A stretch of 17,220 bases of DNA, taken from contig JAHEQA010000014.1 in NCBI GenBank assembly GCA_019561615.1, forward strand, positions 1 through 17,220. The letters run 5' to 3'. Position numbers and translations under genes: made by a program. Below are positions 8,923-16,335 of the stretch, one piece after another; position 1 is the stretch's first letter, and every line of letters starts with the position of its first letter. The notes under the pieces are model-generated. The model was not told the origin of the DNA. It ran no database searches and saw only the letters and a list, made by a program, of their open reading frames with translations. Source of the DNA: Methanothermococcus sp. SCGC AD-155-E23 (GTDB lineage Archaea; AGJL01; Methanococci; Methanococcales; Methanococcaceae).

Positions 8923-10205
8923 TTTTCCTTCTTCTTCCACACCAGCCAAACTGTCAAGGCCACCCTAAGATTTGTTAAAACTGCCAGTAGGACAAAGAGT
9001 GCTTTTATCTGTCCTATTAAACAGAAGAGCATAGTTAAAAATATCCTCTCATCCCTCTTTCCAATAAGGTACCTCATCTCAGGAATGTCCTCGTATATAC
9101 TCCTCCCATATACAGCCCTGTAGCACTCTGTTGAGTAACTTACCATAACAGAACCAAAGATGGCAGCTCCCACTACAGCCCACCAGAGGGGCTCTTTAAT
9201 GGTAACGTAGGCCAAGGTAAGGAGGAATGTAAAGTCCACGTATCTATCTAGGATGGAATCCACATACCCCCCAAATCTACTGGTCCTCATACTGGCACGT
9301 GCAATCTCCCCATCAACCCCGTCAAGTATGGAACTTATCTGATACATAATCCCTGCCAGTGGGATACTGACAAAATTTAGTAGTGCTGAAAAGATACCAA
9401 GTAGGAAGGTTATCACAGTTAGCTGATTTGGAGATATACGATCAACGAGGAGGGCACTTATTCTTGTAGAGATCTTCCTATTGAGATACCTGGAGATGAA
9501 GCCATCTCCAACTCCCTTTACAGAGGTTTTTACAATAAGATCCCTGGCTTTCTTAATGTCCTCTGGTACATCTACATCTGTCCAGAAAAGTCCATCTACA
9601 AAGGTTACCCTAAGTTTAGCCCTTTTAACAACGTCACTTAACTCTATAACCTCCTTCTCCGAGAGGATCTCTTCTGCAATAGAGAATATCTCTGGTGTAA
9701 GTACAAAGAACCCAGTATCTACCCCGTGGAACTCCTTGAGATGCTTTCCAATATCCTCCACATGAGTATCCCTAACTTTAACCTTTGTCGCCTCCTCTAT
9801 ATCCACGTACCTTGGATCCCTATCCACTATAAGACCTTCCCCTTTCACAGCCTCCTGGAGAAATTCCCTTCCATAGATATGGTCACTCATGAAAAGTAGG
9901 AATCTATCTCTAACTTTATCTCTAGCTAGATAGAGGGAGTAGCCGTTACCTCTCTCAGGATGCTCATTTATTACTATCTGGGCCTTGAAGTTGTTCCTCT
10001 CCAAAAATTCCCTGAATCTCTCCTTGTACTTTTTATTTGTAATAATTATAAACTCCTTAACCCCTAGATCCTGGAGTATCCTCATACTCCTGTAGAGTAT
10101 CTCCCTCCCTGCAACTTTTAGAAGGCCCTTGGGTGTTTCCTCAGTTAATGTACCTAGCCTCGTTCCAAGACCTGCAGCGAGAATTACAGCCCTCTCTGGG
10201 ACCAT
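8919..10205 (-). CDS. bifunctional inositol-1-phosphate cytidylyltransferase / di-myo-inositol-phosphate-phosphate synthase (IPCT/DIPPS)
   Basis: N-terminal [10 protein letters not shown]...PKGL nucleotidyltransferase; C-terminal CDP-alcohol phosphotransferase signature DGVDGEIAR...GGYVDSILD; [13 protein letters not shown]. Start placed at ATG 10205 (GGTGA RBS). Confidence 0.93.
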   Translation of the reverse strand: MVPERAVILAAGLGTRLGTLTEETPKGLLKVAGREILYRSMRILQDLGVKEFIIITNKKYKERFREFLERNNFKAQIVINEHPERGNGYSLYLARDKVRDRFLLFMSDHIYGREFLQEAVKGEGLIVDRDPRYVDIEEATKVKVRDTHVEDIGKHLKEFHGVDTGFFVLTPEIFSIAEEILSEKEVIELSDVVKRAKLRVTFVDGLFWTDVDVPEDIKKARDLIVKTSVKGVGDGFISRYLNRKISTRISALLVDRISPNQLTVITFLLGIFSALLNFVSIPLAGIMYQISSILDGVDGEIARASMRTSRFGGYVDSILDRYVDFTFLLTLAYVTIKEPLWWAVVGAAIFGSVMVSYSTECYRAVYGRSIYEDIPEMRYLIGKRDERIFLTMLFCLIGQIKALFVLLAVLTNLRVALTVWLVWKKKEN

Positions 10206-10229
10206 TGAAATCACCAAAAAATAAAAGGT

Positions 10230-11279
10230 TTATGTGGTTGAGGCCTCTTCGTCGTTGTAGATGTCCTCCTCCCTTATCTCCTCCTCATAACCCCTTGAAC
10301 CCTCCAGGGTCTGTATCCTGAACATGTAACTCTTGTACCAGTTGTAGGTTGGTTTAACCTTTATAGGGATAAGTCTCCAGGCCCTGGTCTCCTCCTCGTA
10401 ACCCCAGTTCACATACTCGTTAAAGTTCCTCACTATGTCAGTTATTACAACCTGGAACTCGTTCAAAAGTAATTTTTGAATATCCCTCCACTTGTTTAAA
10501 GAGCTCTCCCTCCTTGTTATTCCAAAGTAGCCTGCACAACCTGGTCCCTTTAAGGTGGCTATCCCCCTGCCTACAAAGGCTCTAATGGCATCTACAGTCT
10601 CTGGAGGATCTGTAATGAAGGTGTCAAACTTTCTAAGTGCATACTCAGGTAGAGGTTTCCTTAGATCGAAGGTGAATATCTCTATGTTGTCGTAGCCAAT
10701 CTCTTCTGCAGTTTTCTCTATGAACTCTGTTAACCTATGGTCAATATCCAGGACAGCTATCCTCTTTGGCAACCCAGAGAGCATAAGGGCTATACTTGTT
10801 AAGTCGTCATCTCCAAGGACAAAAACCTCCCTGTTCTCCAGGTCACCCCTTGTATGCATGAAGATAACCCTTGCCACAGTGGTCTCTGGAGTTACATAGG
10901 CCTGATCAAACTCGTGTTTTGGTTCAGGTCTATTTTTGACAATCTCTTTAAACCTCTCAAGGAGGTCTTTAAAGGTTTCTATATCTACAGTTTTTCCCTT
11001 ACAGTAGGGGCAGGTGTAATCCTCCCTTCTACCTATTCCATACCTCTCGGCGAACCTCTTCCCCTCCTCTGTTAAAAATACCCCATCCCTGAACTGGATG
11101 TATCCAAGGTCTCTAAGTACCTCTAGTATTGCAACAACTAGGGGTAGAGGCTCCTCACTTAGATCTACGATCCTCCATATATCGCTACTGCCCTGAACTG
11201 CGCCTATGACGTTCTCTATACTTCTCTCGTAGACTGGGATATCTGTCTTCTCCCTAACCTTTGCTAAAACATCCTTCAC
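10230..11279 (-). CDS. bpsA: N4-bis(aminopropyl)spermidine synthase (branched-chain polyamine synthase)
   Basis: Motifs IPVYERSIEN, FDQAYVTPETTVAR, GDDDLTS, TDPPET, RNFNEYVNWGY, WYKSYMFRI and C-terminal EASTT, close to Thermococcus BpsA as recalled; GTG start with GGAGGTG RBS. Confidence 0.94.
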   Translation of the reverse strand: MKDVLAKVREKTDIPVYERSIENVIGAVQGSSDIWRIVDLSEEPLPLVVAILEVLRDLGYIQFRDGVFLTEEGKRFAERYGIGRREDYTCPYCKGKTVDIETFKDLLERFKEIVKNRPEPKHEFDQAYVTPETTVARVIFMHTRGDLENREVFVLGDDDLTSIALMLSGLPKRIAVLDIDHRLTEFIEKTAEEIGYDNIEIFTFDLRKPLPEYALRKFDTFITDPPETVDAIRAFVGRGIATLKGPGCAGYFGITRRESSLNKWRDIQKLLLNEFQVVITDIVRNFNEYVNWGYEEETRAWRLIPIKVKPTYNWYKSYMFRIQTLEGSRGYEEEIREEDIYNDEEASTT

Positions 11280-11348
11280 CTTAGCACCTCCTGGAACTCT
11301 AAGGGATAAAATTTTCCATCATTAAAATTTAAACTTAACTCTAATAAT

Positions 11349-11355
11349 AAAAAAA
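11349..11355 (-). terminator. T7 tract immediately after the PP2C stop, putative terminator of the ESCRT-like/kinase operon
   Basis: Minus strand reads TAA TTTTTTT ATTATT. Confidence 0.45.
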
Positions 11356-12108
11356 TTAAGAAGTCTCCCTGTATACCACAATACTAACGTTATCCTCTGT
11401 CTTCTCCAGGGCAGTATCTAACAGTTTTTCAGCAATCTCCTTTGGACTCTCGTAATTACTAACCACCTTTAGAATTTCCTCCCTCTCCACGTAGTCGTGA
11501 AGTCCATCGGAACTTAGAAGAATTATATCCCCCTCCTTTAGATCCCAGATGTAGGTATCTATCTGGGGTTCATCTAATCCCAAGGCCGAAGTAAGGATAT
11601 GCTTCATGGGATGGAAGATAGCCTCCTCCTCTGAGATCAGATCCATATCTATTAAGCTCTGGACAAAGGAGTGATCCTTAGTTCTCTGGACTATCCTTCC
11701 CCTCCTAATTAAGTATCCTCTACTGTCACCACAGTTTGCCACAACACATATATTTCCCTTTACCAGTGCACTTACCAGTGTTGTTCCCATCCCCTCCCTC
11801 TCCCCTATAGCGTTCTCTTTTATTCTCCTATGGGCCAACTTATAGGCCTCCTCTAGTAGATTCGCCACCTCCTGGATAGAGAGGTCCTCCCTGTACCTCT
11901 CTGTTACAAATTCCTCCAGGGTATCCACTGCCATCTTAGATGCAACCTCCCCTGCGTTATGTCCTCCTATACCATCTGCAACTGCCAGGAGGTAGGCATC
12001 CTTGATCTTCTTAACAAGTATATAGTCCTCGTTGTGGGATCTCCCACCTCTGTGGGATATGCCGTAGGCCTTATCCACCTCTAGGACCATATAATCACGG
12101 TTTTCCAT
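11356..12108 (-). CDS. PP2C/PPM family Ser/Thr protein phosphatase (Stp1-like)
   Basis: Motifs RSHNED, VADGIGGH, GEVAS, MGTT, NCGDSRGY, TKDHS, LSSDGL and DNVS. Alternative start at ATG 12090. Confidence 0.95.
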   Translation of the reverse strand: MENRDYMVLEVDKAYGISHRGGRSHNEDYILVKKIKDAYLLAVADGIGGHNAGEVASKMAVDTLEEFVTERYREDLSIQEVANLLEEAYKLAHRRIKENAIGEREGMGTTLVSALVKGNICVVANCGDSRGYLIRRGRIVQRTKDHSFVQSLIDMDLISEEEAIFHPMKHILTSALGLDEPQIDTYIWDLKEGDIILLSSDGLHDYVEREEILKVVSNYESPKEIAEKLLDTALEKTEDNVSIVVYRETS

Positions 12109-12120
12109 AGTCTCCTCTCC

Positions 12121-14526
12121 TTAATAGTATTCTCTTCTTATCCTGTTTAGCAACACCTCAAGTCTCTCAAGGGTATCTCTTCCAACAGGTATCCCCTCTT
12201 TAATAAGGTGTTCAATGTAGGATATAGCCCTTTCAAGCTCCTCCCTGTTCTCCTCAGATTTTACATACTCCCTTAACAACTCCAAGGTATCCAGGAGTCC
12301 TACCTTATCGTTTATCCTTGCACAGTTAAGTGCCAGTTTTACCGAGGCATCGATAAGCTCCCTAGTTAGCCTCTCAATCTCTCTCTTATCTCTTGAGACT
12401 TTTAATCTTTCAGTGGTTTTATTCAGTGTATCCTTAAACTTCTCCTTCTCCCTCACTATCTCCTCTATGGAGTTTAAGGCCTCCAGGAATTCATCGATAG
12501 ATTGATATCTATCCTCCTTCCTCTTTGCAAGGAGTTTCTCAAAGACGCCATCAAATATGGAGAGTTTTGGATCTATCTTCGAAGGTGGAATAGGTTTTAT
12601 ATTTGGGTTTGTTATTTTCAGAGAGATCTGGGCTGGAGTTATTCCCTCGTAGGGTAGCCTTCCAGTGAGTAACTCGTAGAATAGAACACCTAGTTGATAG
12701 ATATCTGTCCTCTTATCTGTCTTCCCATACTCCACTTCGTCTATCTGTTCAGGTGCCGAGTAGAGAAGTGTCAGTCCCTTAGTTACAGTTGTAGTGGTGG
12801 ACCTCATCCCTACCTTGGCCAGTCCCCAATCTGTTATCTTAGGTGTGAGATTCTCAGTTAACAGGATATTAGATGGCTTAATGTCCCTGTGGATTATATC
12901 CCTGTCATGGGCATGTTTAAGCCCCTCTCCAATCTCCTTCATCAATCTAATAGCCTCCTTGGGATCTACAGGTTTCCTATACCTCTCTAAATCCCTTATC
13001 ACCTCTCCATCTATCCTATACCCTTCAACATACTCCATCTCTATGTGGGGAATAGGTTCTATAAAGGCGTCGTAGAGTTTAACTATGTTTGGATGGTTGA
13101 GATTTCTCCATACCTCAATCTCCTTCATCAGATACTTTTTGGCACTCTCCTCCAACTTAGGCACCTTTACAGCGAGAGGTAGTGTACCACCTCTCCTCTT
13201 AACCTTGAACACCTTTCCAAAACCACCCTCTCCAAGTTTTTCAAGTGGGATATACTTTTCCAGAAGTTCCCCTGGAAAATCGGGAAGTGTACTTGCCTCT
13301 AACATCCCTTTAGAGGTAATCCCCCTTATAATTCTCTCTACCTCTCTCTTCAATCTCTTTATATCCCTGAAATCCCAGATAAATAGCTGTACATCGCTAA
13401 ACTTTCTATTACCCTCTAAGTCAAACCCTCGGAAAAATACCCTGTTTTCCCTCTTATAAGGCTCAAAGTGCATCTTCTGTACTCTCTCTTTTATCTCTTC
13501 AAAGTGGGGACTTTTTCTGGCCTCAATTAAGGAGAGGCCAAGGGTAGTGTATACCACTATCTTCCCCTCTCTATGTACAAGGATTGGCTTCCCATCTTTT
13601 GTAAACATCTCAAAGCCATCTAGATTCTCCAACTTTGAAAGTGTATCTATCTCCCTCTTTATCAACTCGTTTATTCCCTTATCTTTAATCACCTCCCCTT
13701 CTTTTACCCTGCTTAAAACCTTCTTCACATACTCCTTTAACTCAAGGTATTTCTTTGTCAGTATTTCCTCCAGTTTATCTCCAGGTGCTTCTTTGGGAGA
13801 GTCCGAAAGAACGTCTGTCTCCTCTGAAACCTTTACCTTATCCCCTACATCTTTAGGGATTTCAGCCTCTCCTGTCCAGGATGTGGATTTTTCAATCCCC
13901 TGTAAATAGGTCCTAGCGGAGAAGTGACCAAATACTACCGCGGAGTAGTAGAAAAATGCCCCAATTAACCAGATAGCTAGAAGATTAAGTAGTGGTATAA
14001 TCCCCACTATTATTGTCACCATTAGAAAAATCAGAAAGAGAATAAAGTAGAGGGTGTAAAAAACTGCTATGGTAAACCATGTTTTTTTAAGTACCCTCCA
14101 TATAGTGGAGAAATGGAAGATTGAAGTTATCTCCCTGGTATAGACATAGTGTGAAAGTGTCACCTGGGTCAGTACCATGGATATTAGAAAGGTAACAATT
14201 AAGACAATACCTTCAACTACATCATTACCATCCATATTGAAGATAACAAAGACTATAACAAACAACAATAAGAACAGCATATAAACAAAGATAAAGTAGA
14301 GGGAAAGGATAACAAATATCTTTAACCCCTTAATAAACTGGCTAAATATTCTAAACTCAGGTAATCCCCAGTCTCCCTGATATATGGACTCCATAACATC
14401 TGCCATATACCCTACTAACGAGATATTAACTAGAGGTATAATACCAATTATCCCTCCCTTAAGAAGCTTTTTTGCCCAATCCCTCTCCCTGAAAATACAG
14501 GTGAAAGACTCTAATATCACATCCAT
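12121..14526 (-). CDS. membrane-anchored Hanks-type Ser/Thr protein kinase with N-terminal DUF4013-like membrane domain and C-terminal helical domain
   Basis: Kinase motifs GEGGFG, AVK, HPNIVKL, HRDIKPSN, DWG, YSAPE and TDIYQLG at about 13255-12475. N-terminal ~205 aa is polytopic with W.KKLL.GG...IPLVN...GY...LPEF...FIKGLK, typical of DUF4013. Confidence 0.92.
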   Translation of the reverse strand: MDVILESFTCIFRERDWAKKLLKGGIIGIIPLVNISLVGYMADVMESIYQGDWGLPEFRIFSQFIKGLKIFVILSLYFIFVYMLFLLLFVIVFVIFNMDGNDVVEGIVLIVTFLISMVLTQVTLSHYVYTREITSIFHFSTIWRVLKKTWFTIAVFYTLYFILFLIFLMVTIIVGIIPLLNLLAIWLIGAFFYYSAVVFGHFSARTYLQGIEKSTSWTGEAEIPKDVGDKVKVSEETDVLSDSPKEAPGDKLEEILTKKYLELKEYVKKVLSRVKEGEVIKDKGINELIKREIDTLSKLENLDGFEMFTKDGKPILVHREGKIVVYTTLGLSLIEARKSPHFEEIKERVQKMHFEPYKRENRVFFRGFDLEGNRKFSDVQLFIWDFRDIKRLKREVERIIRGITSKGMLEASTLPDFPGELLEKYIPLEKLGEGGFGKVFKVKRRGGTLPLAVKVPKLEESAKKYLMKEIEVWRNLNHPNIVKLYDAFIEPIPHIEMEYVEGYRIDGEVIRDLERYRKPVDPKEAIRLMKEIGEGLKHAHDRDIIHRDIKPSNILLTENLTPKITDWGLAKVGMRSTTTTVTKGLTLLYSAPEQIDEVEYGKTDKRTDIYQLGVLFYELLTGRLPYEGITPAQISLKITNPNIKPIPPSKIDPKLSIFDGVFEKLLAKRKEDRYQSIDEFLEALNSIEEIVREKEKFKDTLNKTTERLKVSRDKREIERLTRELIDASVKLALNCARINDKVGLLDTLELLREYVKSEENREELERAISYIEHLIKEGIPVGRDTLERLEVLLNRIRREYY

Positions 14527-14550
14527 GTTTTTACCCTAAGAATTTTTAAA

Positions 14551-15720
14551 TTATCCTCCAAACTCCTCCCACCATCTCTCATACCTCTCAATATCTCTCT
14601 TAGTTAGGGGACTCTTTATCTTTTTAAACCCCTCCTCGAAATCCTCCTCAGTTAGAGGTCTTACCTTTAACTTTCTCTTTCTCAACTCCCTGTAGGGAAG
14701 GTTGGCCATCTTGTAGAGATCCCTATTTACATCCCTTATCATACTCCATATAGCCCCCTGACATAGGTTCTTTATATCCCTCCCTGAGTAGTACCTCTCT
14801 ACACACCTCTCGGCAATCTCATCTAGGTTAACATTCAACTTAAGACCCCTAGTATTTATCTTGATAATCTCCTTTGCAGCCTCTCTATCTGGTAGTGGGA
14901 TATATATCCTCCTTGGAAACCTGGAGAGTACAGCCTCATCTAGATCCCAGGGTGTGTTGGTTGCCGCCAGGGTAAGTACTAACCTGTCACTTCCCTTATC
15001 CTGGAAACCATCTAACTCAGTTAACAAGGTGGAGAGCATCCTCCTGGAAGCCTCACTGATTCCCTCCCCCCTCTTCATAGTTAAGGCATCTATCTCGTCA
15101 ATAAACACTATACTTGGATGAAGTTCCCTTGCAACTTCGTAGAGGGCACTTACAATCTTGGAGGACTCTCCAAAGTACTTACTTGTCACAGAGGAGGCCT
15201 TTACGTTAAAGAATGTAGCATCTAAACTTCCAGCACATGCAGAGGCTAGAAGTGTCTTTCCAGTACCTGGGGGTCCAAAGAGTAGTATACCTCTCCAGGG
15301 CTGAATAGAGGTAGGTCTCTGAAGTGCAGATATCACTATGGTTTCCATCATAAGTTGTTTTACCTCCTTCAACCCCCCTATGTCCTCCCACTTTATCTTA
15401 GATCTCTGTATCAGGTTGTTCCTTACAAAACTTTTAAACTTGTCAACCTCCTCCTGACTCTCTTTAGGTTTGGATGTAATAACCTTGGAGGGGTTGAGTA
15501 CCTCCCCTATGTTATCTGCCACTAACTCCCACTTTTCAGCCATCTCCAGATACATCCTCTCGTTGTATCTGTTGTACTTGGCCATCTCCCTCAAGAGCTT
15601 GGCACATTCCAACGCCTTCCTCCTTGCCACCATTTCTTTTTTCTCCCTCTTTGCCCTTTCGTACTCTTTTTTAGCCTTTTTAAACTGGTTCAGGAGGACT
15701 CCAGATAGGTCAACATCCAA
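14551..15720 (-). CDS. Vps4/CdvC-like (meiotic clade) single-domain AAA ATPase with helical, MIT-like N-terminus
   Basis: Motifs WEDIGGL, PWRGILLFGPPGTGKT, SKYFGES, FIDEID, SEASRR, ATNTPWDLD, RFPRRIYIPLPD and C-terminal helix YERWWEEFGG. TTG start after a G-rich RBS. Confidence 0.9.
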   Translation of the reverse strand: MDVDLSGVLLNQFKKAKKEYERAKREKKEMVARRKALECAKLLREMAKYNRYNERMYLEMAEKWELVADNIGEVLNPSKVITSKPKESQEEVDKFKSFVRNNLIQRSKIKWEDIGGLKEVKQLMMETIVISALQRPTSIQPWRGILLFGPPGTGKTLLASACAGSLDATFFNVKASSVTSKYFGESSKIVSALYEVARELHPSIVFIDEIDALTMKRGEGISEASRRMLSTLLTELDGFQDKGSDRLVLTLAATNTPWDLDEAVLSRFPRRIYIPLPDREAAKEIIKINTRGLKLNVNLDEIAERCVERYYSGRDIKNLCQGAIWSMIRDVNRDLYKMANLPYRELRKRKLKVRPLTEEDFEEGFKKIKSPLTKRDIERYERWWEEFGG

Positions 15721-15738
15721 TAGTATCCCCCCTGTATC

Positions 15739-16335
15739 TTACTCTCTCAACTTCTTTTCCTCCCTGGATATCAGTGTCTTGGCATCTTCAGCCTCTAACT
15801 CCCCCTCTTTAACAGCCTGGATAGTACTTAGTATATCCTCGATATCCCTGTCATACTCCTCTGATGCACCACTTAACATATCCTCTGTTATACCAAGGGC
15901 CATGTTCAAGGTCTCGATTATATTCTCACTGTCTATCTTCATCTCCACTAAGTACCTCTCCAACTCCTGAGGTGACATGGATCTCAAGGTGTTCCAGAGA
16001 GGGGTGGATTTTAAAATCTCCTCGTTCTCCTTTATTATCAGAAGGTTGTCTACAAACCTCATCTGTTTATTAAGGAGGGTGTGGGAGTGCTGGAGTTGTT
16101 TCTTCCTCTGACTGAGGGTTTTTATCTTCGTGGCTATTGTTAACTCCTCACTTTTACTCTCTACCTCTTTAGCCCTCTCAAATAACTTAGTAATACTTTT
16201 ATCTATCTCCCTCATCTCCTCCTCTAACTTTCTAATCTTAATGTCCAGCTTTACCCTGGACTCCCTTATCTTCTCTATAGGCATGTCTAGGGGATTTTTA
16301 CTCCTAAAGAACAGGCTTTTTAATTTACTGACCAT
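15739..16335 (-). CDS. coiled-coil protein, putative ESCRT-III/Snf7/CdvB-like
   Basis: 198 aa from ATG 16335 ([10 protein letters not shown]...). All-helical character with a long hairpin, basic N-terminal half and acidic C-terminal part; lies 18 nt upstream of the Vps4-like ATPase. The CDS is confident; the family call is inferred. Confidence 0.7.
   Translation of the reverse strand: MVSKLKSLFFRSKNPLDMPIEKIRESRVKLDIKIRKLEEEMREIDKSITKLFERAKEVESKSEELTIATKIKTLSQRKKQLQHSHTLLNKQMRFVDNLLIIKENEEILKSTPLWNTLRSMSPQELERYLVEMKIDSENIIETLNMALGITEDMLSGASEEYDRDIEDILSTIQAVKEGELEAEDAKTLISREEKKLRE

Noticed and set aside
12124-12185. MIM1-like motif at the kinase C-terminus (DTLERLEVLLNR)
   Set aside because: Spacing does not match the LxxRLxxL consensus; it is a generic amphipathic helix.
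13900-14526. Lower GC (about 32-33% in two lines counted) as evidence of a foreign module
   Set aside because: Ile/Phe-rich transmembrane coding can explain it, and the sample is too small.
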